A stretch of 64,000 bases of DNA. It comes from Macrostomum lignano. Its lineage: Eukaryota. The notes below the pieces were generated by a model that saw nothing but the letters and a program-made list of their open reading frames with translations, was not told where the DNA came from and did not search any database. This document shows, in pieces, positions 44,572 to 57,895 of the stretch. The position numbers and the translations under genes are program-made. Within the stretch, counting starts at the first letter, position 1, and each line of letters opens with the position of its first letter. Where the stretch lies: positions 248,001 through 312,000 of the forward strand of contig NIVC01000922.1 in assembly GCA_002269645.1 (NCBI GenBank). Reading direction: 5' to 3'.

Positions 44572-47511
44572 ACAGTCAACTGCGCTTCAACCCTACACAG
44601 CAGCCGCAATGCCAGCTTCAGCTGGAAGTAGCAGCGTTTATAAGTTTGCTTACCCGCCGCCTCAGTTGGATTACAGTTTGCAGTCGCAGCAGTCGCCACA
44701 GCCTGGACAGCTGGTCCGGTTTGGTTGCCTGGCACAGCAGCAGCAGCAGCAGCAGCAGCAGCATTTGTCGACACATCCCCCAACATCCCACCATCCGCCG
44801 CCAACCCTGCCGAGTTTCTGTCAATTGGCCGTTCTTCATCGCTCCGGCGCTCCAGCTGGCAGCCTGCAGTCATCGCCGCAGTTTCAACCGCCGCACTATC
44901 AGTTTGCACCATTTCCACAGCAGAATCTGCACTTGCAACAACAGCAGCAACAGCTGCAGCAACAGTTGAAGCGACGTCAATTGCTAGATCAGTCCGCTGA
45001 CTCATCAAGATTGTCTACTAGTACAGCTGGAAACGGATCAAACGTGTCGCATAACCCGACGCAGCAACAGCAGCCATCTGCTACCGGCGAAGCTGCCGGG
45101 TCTCCGCCTGCCAACAAGCGGCGCAAACGCGGGCTGGATGGCGCTTCGGCTGGCGCCAGCGCGACATTGGAGCCGGCTGAGCAGCAGCAAGAGATTCGAC
45201 AGTTTCAACGTCTGGCACCTGAACTGTTCTGTTGGCACGGTGAGGGACCAGTGAACTGTGGGCTGTAGGTTGTGGGGATGCACATTCTACTCCTCCCTAC
45301 ATCTCTAAAAACTTGCTAATATCTCATCTTAAAATTAATAACAACAATCAATTCAAGACCGTTGTGGGCACCCTAGTGCGAGACATTGTCACACAAGCAG
45401 TGCTGACGACAATTCTGTCCATTCCGCAGACTCCTTAGCACATGCAAGCGCCCCAATACTGTACGCATTAACGCACTCATACACTCGCTCACGCAGGGTG
45501 TACAGCGACCCTTTGACTTTCTACTAGTCAGGCAGGTACTCTCTCTGTGCCTTGGGGGGGGGTTGCGCCAAATTTCAATGCACACGAGCCCCAAACGAAT
45601 GTGGTGACCGCGCGCGAAATCAACTAGCAGGGGTCGCGGCGCGAGAGTCAGAAGATGTGCGAGAGCGCCGTACACACACATTCACACACACCATCGCATT
45701 CGCAGGTCAGAAACCGATGATTCACCTGTTTCTACTGAAACTGTTGGACAACAGTCGCTGCCGAGCCAACATCGAATGGGTTGACAAATACAATCGCCTA
45801 TTTAAAGTTGTTACGCCGTCGGCCATTGCCAAACTGTGGAAGCATATCAAGGGGAACAAGACGGATAATTACGAGTGCTTCGCTCGAGGCATTCGGTAGG
45901 CACTGTTCTTATTCGACAATTGACAGAAAGGAAACAATGCGCCAAATTTACAGAAAAGTTGTGAAAAAAAACTATAAAAATAGCTTAAGAGAGCATCAAT
46001 TTTTTATTCTTTTACCAATTCCGGTTTTTTGCAGGCACTCGCGCGACATCGGGCGATACTTCGAGCCGCACGGATTTCGCCAGAAGAAAATCTACAAATT
46101 CTCGCCAAAAGCCATCGAGGATTATCACAATTGTCAGCGGGTGGCGGCCGCAGCTGCAACAGCTACAACAATGTCGTCGGAGACTTTAACCGCGGCATCA
46201 ACAAGCCACGGAGTCAACGGCGGTGTCGAAGGCGACCGCCAGGGATTAACGACGGATCATCCAACAGCTACTGACGGTTGCGATTCGTCAGTTTCTTTGG
46301 CTTCATCGACAGCATCTTCGACCTCGCTGGCCGGACCGTCTGGTGATGGACAGTCGGCAGCTGACGAGGACAGACGAGCGTCCCACAACGGGGTCGGCAA
46401 TGGTTCCGTTTCCGGCGGATGTAGTCACTCCATGCCGAATCCGGAAGTGCTCGAACGTCTGAAGAGCAAGCTCGCCGAGAGGAGACTGTCGAGCGCTGCC
46501 GCCGCAGCAGCAGCCGCTGCCGCAGCCCCAGCAGCTTCAGCCAGCGTCCCAGTGGTTGCGCCGCCAACAACCGTTGTGGAGCTCAAGATACTGGACGCTG
46601 TCGATTTCCAGATGCAAAATGCACCGATGTCCATTGCTACATCAGTTGGTGCTATTAGAGTATTAGAGACCGTCCATTCGGCTTTAAAGAAAGAAGTTGT
46701 TGAAGTGAAGTCAGTGACTACTGCTAATGTTGTACCGGCTGCTATTCCAAGTCAAACAACAGCCCCTGTCAGTCCTACAAATGACAAACAAACAGATCCG
46801 GATGCAACTAAAGTGTTTCTCCCTGCAAACTCTCATTTGGCTTGTGAATTTTCGCAGCCGATCTCTGGCAAGAATGAGTCTCAAATTGATGCAGCCGATC
46901 ATTCTGAGCTGAAAAACGACGATAAAGCAAAGTTTGAGAGCGCTGCCGCAAATTATGCAGCACCGAATGGCACTGTAAATCATTCCGTACTGCTGGATTC
47001 AGCTGCAGTTGACTGTGAAGCCTCATTCAGCCATGGTCAACAGACTATTGTCAAGATAGAATCGCTGGATGAGGTTGTTAATCGTGACGGTGAATTGTCC
47101 TCTGACAACGCTGTCTCCACAAATGCAGCTTGCGCTGAATCACATGCAGATGCAACTATGGAGAATTGTACTGTTAGTGAAACCGTAACAGTTCATTCTG
47201 CAGTGCTTGTCAACACGAACGGCACTGACGATCCAGCCTCGAATGGTAGCGTATTATCGGAGAAAATTACGGCTAATATCAATCAGAAAGTGTCTGCGGT
47301 GGTCAAAATCGAACCGGGACATGATGTAGTCGATGCTCGTGTATCGGCAGAATCTTGCATAAGAACTATCAACGAGTCATCATCATCAATGTCCAATGTG
47401 AGTGCAAAAGTCGAGTCCCAAAAAGACTTTGGCAGCGTGCAAGATCGCAGTAGTGCCGATGATGAAGGCGAAGATGCGCCCCTGGTAATTGCCACCTCCG
47501 ATGACAGCTAA
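42622..47511 (+). CDS. ETS-domain transcription factor, divergent, about 1148 aa, with poly-Q/poly-A/poly-P N-terminal half
   Basis: Exons 42622-42749 (candidate first, MASATTESPDTEEDF..., AA|GTGATT), 43588-45239, 45706-45895, 46035-47511; phases match, total 3447 nt. Spliced domain IHLFLLKLLDNSRCRANIEWVDKYNRLFKVVTPSAIAKLWKHIKGNKTDNYECFARGIRHSRDIGRYFEPHGFRQKKIYKFS follows the ETS pattern (LxxFLLxLL, IxW, FKxxxxxxxAxLW, K, NY, RxxR, YxF). The first exon is less certain than the rest. Confidence 0.85.
42780..43040 (-). mobile_element. tRNA-derived CORE-type SINE
   Basis: Minus strand: A-box-like GCCTAGTGGCTAGAGCGTCGGACTC, then GTGTCCTTGAGCAAGACACTTAAC...CAGCTGTAAAATGGG (resembles the MIR/CORE domain), then a (TAT)n tail. 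Confidence 0.75.
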
Positions 47512-48499
47512 CTAATCTTGGAAACTTTTCGCATATTGCTTTCTAACACTTTTTCCACCGTGTTTAATCAGTTGGGTTCCACATAGTCCTGTATCGCTTT
47601 GTTGAAGTCATTAAATAGTTTACAGTTCTACAATTGAACGTCTGTCCTTGATTTCTAACGCCCACTGATAAATAGTGAGTTTTCAATTTAAACAAGTAAA
47701 AAACAAAATAAGTAACACTACGTACTACTACTCATTAATCAATAGTCTGTCATCCCCGCATTGAATTGTTTGTAATTTTCGAAAAGCTATCCTACCCATA
47801 AAACTTGAAAGAAGTTGTCGCAGAGAGTTCTGAGTTCTATACTTTTCACTAGTAAGAGTCTGTTTAGCTATTAGCTTTATAAAGGACTTCTTACACTTTA
47901 AATAAAACAATTGCTTTGTTAAAAATGACTATTTCAGTTCCACTGTTCATTAAACTATCTTAAGATTCTCATTCTTTTATTTTCAGATTTAAAATACGAT
48001 TTCATAGTTTCACATTTTCTTGTGAATTCTAGTTATTTTGTTACTTTTTTCTACAGCCCATTAATTTTTTAAGTCTAGCTAATGCCACTGCCATTTTTTA
48101 ATAAAGAACTTATTTTGTTTATCATTTTGTTTATGATTCAATCCCGATATTTGCATTACACTGATTGCTTTCAAAATTCTTTTATGAAATGCATTATGCC
48201 TGTCACAGTTTCCTTTGTAACATGCAAGCTCTTCTAGACGTTTTGGGTTGTATGCCGTTTTGATTTACAATGTACTGCAAGCCCAATTGAGCAGTAAGCA
48301 GTTGAAATACACGATTGGATGTTCATCATATTAATAATTGATTCTAGTCGAGGCGTTTCTTGTGCGTTTGGTTAAATAGGTACAGTTCAAAGTTCCCAAA
48401 ATGAATTGTGCGAATCTTTTTACTGTAGCCTTAACCGGTACCCCACTCAAAGTGGCTTTAACCAACTTCAACGTCACCGCTTAGCACTCCAATCTCCAA

Positions 48500-48930
48500 T
48501 TTAAATTACCTTCAAACGACTTCAAGGTCACCCTGAATGGAAAAACCCCACTCAGAGCGATTTTAACCAGTTCAAGGTCACCAATAGAAAATGGAAAATC
48601 CCCAACTGAGAGCGACTTTAACCAGTTTTCAAGGTCACCAATAGAAAATGGAAAATCCCCAACTCAGAGAGAGCGACTTTAACCAGTTTTCAAGGTCACC
48701 AATAGAAAATGAAAATTCCCCAACTCAGAACGACTTTAACCAGTTTTCAAGGTCACCAATAGAAAATGGAAAATCCCCAACTCAGAGAGAGCGACTTTAA
48801 CCAGTTTTCAAGGTCACCAATAGAAAATGGAAAATCCCCAACTCAGAGCGACTTTAACCAGTTTTCAAGGTCACCAATAGAAAATGGAAAATCTCTAACC
48901 CAAAGCGACTTTAACCAGTTCAAGGTCACC
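48500..48930. repeat. About 56-61-bp minisatellite (...GCGACTTTAACCAGTTTTCAAGGTCACCAATAGAAAATGG...)
   Basis: About 7 units between the convergent ETS and orphan 3-prime ends. Confidence 0.9.
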
Positions 48931-49239
48931 GCTAAAAAATTGAAGTCTCCCAAAATCGCATAGCATCGTAACTCAAGGAAAGCTATTTCTTTCCAATTTC
49001 TTAAATCATTTAGACAAAGCACAACGCGCATTCAACTGGAAACTGCAGTGTTGCAAAAATCAAAATAAATTTCGGTCGCACTGTTCCAAGGTATAATTTT
49101 CGGAAAATAACTCGGGCATATAGTCATCAAGAGACTCAAAACTATGCGCGCTGCCCTTCGTTAATAATCTGGATGATATGAACGTGACCGATTTTTCATT
49201 GGAAAACAATTCAGTAAATAAAGATTTTCACCGGCCTAA

Positions 49240-49485
49240 TCAGCTCTGATCAGCTGACAATTCGAACTTTTGTCGGTCTCTTCTCAAGCGTCGAATGCTG
49301 GTGTAGTAAGTCCTGCTTGGTAAAACTGCTTCGCTGCTGGTATTTCCGTTGTCGGGACTTACGGGATCCTCCTCCTCCTCCTGATGCGGCTCCAGCACCA
49401 GATACTGGCTTTCGCTTGACTTTTTCAGCGGTTGCTGCTGCTGATGCTGTTGTTGTTGCTGCTTTTGTTGTTGTTGTTGTTGTTT

Positions 49486-49534
<49 letters not shown>

Positions 49535-50440
49535 AGTTGTTGCGAGCGCCTCCGTCTACGTCGTCGCCTCCGTCGACGCTGCTGAAACTTCTGGTCGCCT
49601 CGAAACTCCGGCTTGCTCCAAATTTCTGCCGCGGCCGTGAGGCTGTTAGATTGTTTGCAGCAAATAGTTTATTAACTTCTCTGGCAGCCTAGTCACTCTC
49701 ACTCCATCTCAGCCACTCAGACTATCTCCGTCACTCTAACTCCATCTCTCTCACTCCATTTCAGTCACTCTCACTCCATCTCATCCACTCTCACTCCATC
49801 TCATTCACTCTAACTCCATCTCTCTCACTCCATTTCAGTCACTCTCACTCCATCTCATTCACTCTAACTCCATCTCAGTCACTCTCGCTCCAACCCAGTC
49901 ACTCTCACTCCAACTCAGTCACTCTCACTCCATCTCAGTCGCTCTCACTCCAACTCAGTCACTCTCACTCCAACTCAGTCACTCTCATTTCATCTCAGTC
50001 ACTCTAACTCTATCTCAGTCACTCTAACTCCATCTCAGTCACTCTCATTCCACCTCAGTCGCTCTCACTCCATCCAGACGCTACCCAATGGCCAAAGCCG
50101 CTACCTACCTATCGGGTCTAGCGGAGGCAAGGGCGCTGGTCAAACAGCTCACAGTCCACCGCTTGGCCGTCACCAGGACAATTTTTCCGGACTCGGCTCG
50201 ATCGCTGCTTGGCGATCCCTGCAACGAATTCGGACTCCGGCTCTTGTGAAAGGATTGCAGACTCCACCGCCTCGGCTGGAGCGGTCGCAGCGACAGCAGA
50301 CTTGGTGGCGGGATGTCCGCGATGGTGAAGTAGATCCGATTGCCGCATCGGGTGGCTAGTAGCCGGGCACTCCTCTTTGATGCCGACTTTGATGCGCCGT
50401 CGACCGGTATGACTGCGGATCGATTCTTTCTTGTTGTCAT
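49240..50440 (-). CDS. Hypothetical two-exon protein (about 244 aa) with an Arg11 tract and a Gln-rich tract
   Basis: Exon 1 50440-50109 (gtcgccATGA context; TATAAAA on the minus strand at 50497-50503), donor AG|GTAGGT, phase 2. Exon 2 49642-49240 after a tctaacag acceptor, in frame, 134 codons to TGA. The 466-nt intron holds a minisatellite like other introns here. No family recognised. Confidence 0.6.
49690..50075. repeat. 20-bp minisatellite ACTCTCACTCCATCTCAGTC
   Basis: About 19 units inside the orphan-gene intron. Confidence 0.93.
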
Positions 50441-51309
50441 GGCGACGGATTCAACCGTTTGCGATGTTTCTAAGAAATCAAACCATGTTTCAGCTCTTTT
50501 ATAGCAGATTAAAATAATACTGCGCGTTAACGACGCTTATCAATGCCCTCTTTTGATAGTTTTGGCCATAGACATACTGGTCTGAATTGGCCCGAGTCAA
50601 GTCATAGGCAACTTTTCAGTTGTCCTTGAATCATCTATTCTAGGAATATAAATCTGGATTGAAGACTGTGGATATATGATCCTAGTCAGATACTGATTCT
50701 AAAGTATGGGGTCTTAGTCAGATTACTGATTCTAGGGTATGGGATCTTATATTTTTCAGTTCAGTGGACAGATTAACATCAATGCTTGTTAGAAATATTT
50801 CAAAATATACTTGTCAAATATTGGAAAAGCACTATTTTTACCTAGCAGAATGGGTATTCTTTTATCGAAATGGAAAATTTTGTCTCTGATATCATTAATA
50901 GCATTAATAACTCTATTTTATAGCTCCAATAATGAAGCTCACACCTATTAATACTCTAGGGTGAAACAGATTCAGATGGGGCAGAGCATTGACAGACGTT
51001 TAGCCAAATAAGCTCAGGTCTAGTACATTACGGTACCGAATCATCTGTTCATTAGTCGTTTCAGGATATATAATTATAAGCTTCCGCTCTTTGGCTTTCT
51101 CTCATTAAGTGGACTGCCCTCGTTAGTGGCAACCGCAGATGCCTGTAAATTGATCAGCTATCATATTAATGAGTTCGTTTAGGAACTTAAACACACCGTC
51201 GTCGTCTACAATATCCTAAAAAATATATCATCTGACAGCTAGCTGAAATGGTTTAATCACTATAATCACTACTTCAGTTACAGCTATATCGAAAAAGATA
51301 GCTTCTAAC

Positions 51310-51790
51310 TATCGCGCACAAACCCACCACCCCATTTTATTCCGCTTTTTGACTATCGAGCGCGCGAACGCATCACCCCAGCCATGTTTTTCTACCTCTG
51401 GCTATCGGGCACAAACCCACCACCCCATGTTTTTTTTATCTCAGGCTGCCGCGCACAAACCCACCACCCCATGTTTTTCTATCTCAGGCTTTCGGGCACA
51501 AACCCGCCACCCCTGGCTATCGTGCGCAACCAACCACCCCATCTTATTCCGCTTCTGGCTATCATGCACAAACCCACCACCCCGTCTTATTCTGCCTCTG
51601 GCTATCGTGCATAAACCCACCACCCCATCTTATTCCGCCTCTGGCTATCGTGCACAAACCCACCACCCCATCTTATTCCGCCTCTGGCTATCGTGCACAA
51701 ACTCACCACCCCATCTTATTCCGCCTCTGGCTATCGTGCACAAACTCACCACCCCATCTTATTCCGTCTCTGACTATCAGACACAAAGCC
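51310..51790. repeat. 43-bp minisatellite GGCTATCGTGCACAAACCCACCACCCCATCTTATTCCGCCTCT
   Basis: About 11 units. Confidence 0.92.
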
Positions 51791-53369
51791 ACCACTCCAT
51801 TCTATCGATCTAATCTAGCTTAGGACTTTTGGCTTTTGACAGGTCCCTTTATTAAATCATTAATTTTTTAGAATCTATTGAAAATAACAGAAGAGCTTCA
51901 AGATAAAAGGTCTGGGCCCAAATCCCGAGAGTTCCAATCCGGGATTTGGGGTCCAGAATCCTGGCACAAAATTTTGTTATTATTTTTACAAAGTGTTAGA
52001 ATCGGTTAAAATGAATGCGTACCTCCCCTTAAAACTGCGCAAGTGTCTCTCTGCGCAAGCGATTTTTTTCTCTCGAAATTTCGAAGTGTCACACGCGCTC
52101 GCTCGGTTTGCACCAAAACGCAGCCATGTTGATGGCATTCCTTGCGTCGGATTAGCAACAGTAACAGCAGCAGCACTTTTGGCCTCTCTATATATCATCC
52201 ACCAACATCTCCACCCGGGGTTGCAATCAGGAGTGGAACCTTGCAAGAGACAGTTTTAACTCTAGGTGAGAGAGTGGCGCATTGAACGCCGCTCCTCCAA
52301 ACAGTTTGATGGAGTATAGTCATACATGTAGCAGCACTCCTCTCCGCTCCGTTTCGGCGTTGTTGTCAAAAAACAGTCGCACCAGCTGTTGTTTAACTGA
52401 AGTCCCTCTCGACGCAATATTGAAATTCTGTGTATCGTAAAAATGTATTGACAAGTCGTTGGAGCATTGGAATTGATGTGCGGCGGTAGATGCATGACAA
52501 CCAACCTGTTTCCACAATTGGTCGACTGTGAAAGCATTCAAAGCGGCACTTTTTTGCACTTTATAGTTGATCTAAATTTTCAAAGTAAGAATCCTTTGAT
52601 AGTAGATAGATAGATAGTTAATATAAAAAATTCTCTAGACGGTAGATTCTCGGCCATGTAGTTTTCGTAAAAAGAAACACGCAGGCCAAGAAAATGTGAC
52701 GCTCAAGCAATAGTTGAATGGGACTTGGGCAAATATTGAACGCGTTTCTTTATCAGTTCCTAAGCACGCGGCCTTCTCAAAAATAAACTTTCCTCTCTTT
52801 CAATTATTTTTGGTCCGATTTGGTTCGCAGTTGGCTCTAGCCGAGCCTAGCCCCTCGGATTTGATGATTAATTCTGCAACCGCCCCACACTGGGATTCGG
52901 GCAGATTGAGTAAAACCCGAGGACCAGAACGTCAGACCCTTGAACGCGTGTAGGGTCAGCTGCGAAATTGAAACCCGTATTTTATTTCTGCCCCAACTGC
53001 CCCAGCTTCTCGAGATCATATGCGCCCAATCTAATGCTATAAAATATACAGTATACCTACAAGATAGATAATTGCCGGTAGCCTTTTGGTCATTTTGCCT
53101 ACCTACATGTAATACTTCTCCAGCACCCACAATAGTGTAGGCCAGGCATGCAGGATCTGAGAGACGCCAGATCAGTAAATCCCCCCCCGTGATTGGCTCG
53201 TCGGAAATAGAGGACCAAATTAACTCCCGAAAGCGACCAGGGATAACGAGGAGGGCATGAAGGATTTTGTGCCAGATTCTGGATATGTCGACGCAGAGTT
53301 TAAGGCTGAAGAAATGTTTAACTGCCTGACTGTGGGGTAAAAGTTGCTAAGCAATATTAACGTAACATT

Positions 53370-54195
53370 TTTGGCGTCACTAATTTCTGTAATTTGGTGT
53401 CACCAACTTCTGTACTTTGGTGCCACTAATTTCTGTAATTTGGTGTCCCTAATTTCTGTACTTTGGTGTCCGTAATTTCTGTACTTTGCTGTCCCTAATT
53501 TCTGTACTTTGGTGTCCGTAATATCTGTACTTTGGTGTCCTTAATTTCTGTACTTTGGTGTCCCTAATTTCTGTACTTTGGTGTCACTAATTTCTGTAAT
53601 TTTGCGTCCCTTAATTTCTGTACTTTGGTGTCCTTAATTCCTGTACTTTGGTGTCCGTAATTCCTGTACTTTGGTGTCCCTAATTTCTGTACTTTGGTGT
53701 CCCTAATTTCTGTACTTTGGTGTCCCTAATTTCTGTACTTTGGTGTCCCTAATTTCTGTACTTTGGTGTCACTAATTTCTGTAATTTGGTGTCTTCAATT
53801 TCTGTAATTTGGTGTCACTAATTTCTGTAATTTGGTGTCCCTAATTTCTGTAATTTGGTGTCACTAAATTCTGTACTTTGGTTTCACTAATTTCTGTAAT
53901 TTGGTGTCCCTAATTTCTGTAATTTGGTGTCTTCAATTTCTGTAATTTGGTGTCACTAATTTCTGTACTTTGGTGTCCCTAATTTCTGTACTTTGGTGTC
54001 CCTAAATTCTGTACTTTGGTTTCACTAATTTCTGTACTTTGGTGTCCCTAATTTCTGTACTTTGGTGTCCCTAATTTCTGTACTTTGGTGTCCCTAATTT
54101 CTGTACTTTGGCGTCACTAATTTCTGTAATTCTGTGTCACTAATTTCTGTAATTTTGTGTCACTAATTTCTGTAATTTCGTGTCACTAATCTCTG
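53370..54195. repeat. 23-bp minisatellite AATTTCTGTACTTTGGTGTCCCT
   Basis: About 36 units. Confidence 0.95.
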
Positions 54196-54559
54196 TATTA
54201 GCAATAAATATTGGACTTTTTCTATCCAACGTTTTATAGCAGAGAATCTGAAGTTAACTGCAATCTGACTTCAATACTGTGTCCAAGGTTTATGCACTTA
54301 AATAGTCGCAATTGGAAGCCTACTTTATAAACTCAATCCTTTTCGATATTTGGCGGCCAGCTTGAAATTTAATGCCGTCAGTGTACACACCCGACAGCCG
54401 GCCTTCATCATGGATGTTGCAACTTACCCCTCGAAAATTTAAACGAAAATTAAAGTACAAGGGCTAGTTTCACTGATGTCGCGTTCGAGTGACAAACTTG
54501 GCTTCGTTGGACAGGAAAATTTCCCAGCACTTTCGTTGAACCGTGTCCGCTTGTAGTAA

Positions 54560-55030
54560 TGCGTCTGTGTAATAATGTCTGCGTCTGTGTAATAATGTCT
54601 GCGTCTGTGTAATAATGTCTGCGTCTGTGTAATAATGTCTGCGTCTGTGTAATAATGTCTGCGTCTGTGTAATAATGTCTGCGTCTGTGTAATAATGTCT
54701 GCGTCTGTGTAATAATGCCTGCGTCTGTGAAATCATGCCTGTCTGTGTAGTCATGTCTGTCTGTGTAGTCATGTCTGTCTGTGTAGTCATGTCTCTCTGT
54801 GCAGTTATGTCTCTCTGTGTAGTCATGTCTGTCTGTGAAATCATGTCTGTCTGTGTAATCATGTCTGTCTGTGTAGTCATGTCTGTCTGTGTAGTCATGT
54901 CTGTCTGTGTAGTCATGTCTGTCTGTGTAGTCATGTCTGTCTGTGTAGTCATGTCTGTCTGTGAAATCATGTCTGTCTGTGTAGTCATGTCTCTCTGTGC
55001 AGTCATTTCTGTTTCTGTGTAATCGTGTCT
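54560..55030. repeat. Compound 20-bp (GCGTCTGTGTAATAATGTCT) and 18-bp (GTCTGTCTGTGTAGTCAT) minisatellite
   Basis: Unit switch near 54730. Confidence 0.93.
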
Positions 55031-56494
55031 GTCTCTGTGTAAACAATATTCATACCAACGCAGGACAAAATGGCACATAAAATGCAGTATTGACTATGAA
55101 ATCATGCAAGCCCCGAGTCAGACGACGCAGCGACTCTGGAATTTCGCGTTAAATCTCTCTGCATATTTTTTCTCAAATTTTTGAAGTGCCGCGCAGACAG
55201 CTCTTTGAACGCCAAAATACAGGTATAGACAGTGCAAGATAAGAACTGCGCAGTTATAATATATTGCGCCCCGCGACGTACTTAAACAAATTCTTGATGA
55301 TATATTTTCTGGCACTATTGCTAATAAGCCACCAACCTGCTACCACACTAGTCAGGAGCCATAAAGAAATCAACAATGGCCGAATGTATGGCCAGATAAA
55401 ATCATATTCGGTATTTCAGCTTTTCATCTAGGAACTGCATTGGCCGGGGATGTAAATTACCTTGGCACGCGCAAAAGTTAACATTGATGAAAGGATAAAT
55501 TTATGCCCGGTAGCTTTACACAAGAAGGTCTGGAACGGGATGCTGGATCGCTTGCGGGTCTCCCACAAACCAAATCATCTTTAGGCAACGTAGGCTGACA
55601 TCAGAAGACGTGCAACCAAGAAGAGAAAAGCCATGCGGTCAGGGTGCATCAGATGACAAGCGGTGTCAGGATGGTGGACGATTCCGACGCATTCTCGTCG
55701 GCTCAAAAGGCCTGTAGCAGTTACTATAAGCTTGATTGTCGTTGTACTTTTCCCTTCGTTGCCTTCGCCATCGGCCATAGACAACACTGTAGGCTGCGTA
55801 TTAAGCCCAGGGCAGACAGAAAATCTGTAGCTATAGGCCTACAGATTAGGCAGACAGATGTTGTGATCGTTTTAGTGTGTAAACTAAAGAACAGCAGTCA
55901 GCCTACAGTCGTCTGAAAAGGGGAGGGGTTGGGAGACGTTGTGACTCCAGTTCCTGTCTCTCGGCCTCCTTGGGTTGGCTGCTGGGCGCGGTGCAATTCT
56001 TTATTGGGGCATCGGGAAGAATCCCTAACAAGGGAGACAGGACCCTAAGGTTAGGAACTCAACAGAAATCTTTTTGATGAGATAACGACAAATCCTAATG
56101 ACTATAGGATTCCTTGCGCTGGGGCCGCAAATCAGGCCAAAGAATGCTAATTGCTTTACCACTCCTGACCACGTAATTGAGCAATACGTTTCCCTCAGAA
56201 CACTCGAAAATTTATTTCATCATTAACTTTCGCTTTCTTTGCATGCAGGACTAACTTTAACCAAGCACAGGTCAGAATGTTCTGCCTGAACCATCCACTC
56301 GATGTCCTGCAGATCGAGCCTCGTTTGAATGTTAACTTTGATTAAACTGATGAAGCGACTGCAGAATGACTCACTGTCTTGCTCATGTCAACCCCCCTTG
56401 AGGTCTCATCCCTAAGAGTCTTTAAAGTCTCAAGAAGCCCCCACAGTCTTACAGGTCTCCCCTTCGAAGTCTCCTCGTCAAATGCCTTCAACAT

Positions 56495-57420
56495 TGAAGT
56501 CTCAACCTCAAAGTCATACTACCACAGTCTCAACCTCAAAGTCATACTACCAGTCTCAACCTCAAAGTCATACTACCACAGTCTCAACCTCAAAGTCATA
56601 CTACCAGTCTCAACCTCAAAGTCATACTACCACAGTCTCAACCTCAAAGTCATACTACCACAGTCTCAACCTCAAAGTCTTACTACCAAAGTCTTAACCT
56701 CAAAGTCTTACTACCAAAGTCTCAACCTCAAAGTCATACTACTAAAGTCTCAGCCTCAAAGTCATACTACCAAAGTCTCAGCCTCAAAGTCATACTACCA
56801 AAGTCTCAACCTTAAGGTCTTACTGCCAAAGTCTCAACCTCAAAGTCTTACTACCAAAGTCTCAACCTCAAAGTCATACTACCACAGTCTCAACCTCAAA
56901 GTCATACTACCACAGTCTCAACCTCAAAGTCTTACTACCAAAGTCTTAACCTCAAAGTCTTACTACCAAAGTCTTAACCTCAAAGTCTTACTACCAAAGT
57001 CTCAACCTCAAAGTCATACTACCAAAGTCTCAGCCTCAAAGTCATACTACCAAAGTCTCAGCCTCAAAGTCATACTACCAAAGTCTTAACCTCAAAGTCT
57101 TACTACCAAAGTCTTAACCTCAAAGTCTTACTACCAAAGTCTCAGCCTCAAAGTCTTACTACCAAAGTCTCAGCCTCAAAGTCTTACTACCAAAGTCTCA
57201 GCCTCAAAGTCATACTACCAAAGTCTCAGCCTCAAAGTCATACTACCAAAGTCTCAGCCTCAAAGTCATACTATTGATACCAAAGTCTCAACCTCAAGGT
57301 CTTACTGCCAAAGTCTCAGCCTCAAAGTCTTACTACCAAAGCCTCAATATCAAAGTCTTACTACCAGAGTCTCAACCTCAAAGTCTTACTACCAAAGTCT
57401 CAACCTTGAGGTCTTATTAT
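56495..57420. repeat. 28-bp minisatellite CTCAACCTCAAAGTCTTACTACCAAAGT
   Basis: About 33 units. Confidence 0.95.
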
Positions 57421-57895
57421 ACCAGTCTCGCCATCAAGTCTCACCTTCAAAAAGTGTCGACCCTCGCAGTCTCACCTCGCTCTGCAGCAGTCCAGCATTG
57501 GCGGCCCCCTCTCCCCGACACCCCAGAGGCCAAAGCCAATCGAGTGTGTTCAGCCTGTAGGCACAGGGCAGGGGCAGGCAGCTTAAAATGGTTTGGTGGA
57601 AAGCTGACCTGCTTTCTAGGCAAAATCCCTCTTTGAAAGCAAAAGCAGGCAAAAATATAATTTGCTATTTCAATTATTGTTGCCTATCGTAGTCCATTTT
57701 TCAAAGGCCTTTGAGTATTTCTATCGCCTACAACTGCTGAGCTTCAACCCAAGGTCAGTGATAAATTTTTCGCTGCATAAATAATAGCGACAAAATATTT
57801 TCTGGACATCGAATTAGAGAAAATTCTTTTCTATTTGCTTCTCTGTAAAACATTGGCTCTTTGGTTGTTTTCTGAAGGATTTCTTTTGACCTCTG

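Noticed and set aside
49317-49640. Plus-strand poly-Val ORF
   Set aside because: Antisense shadow of the CAA tract in the minus-strand orphan exon 2.
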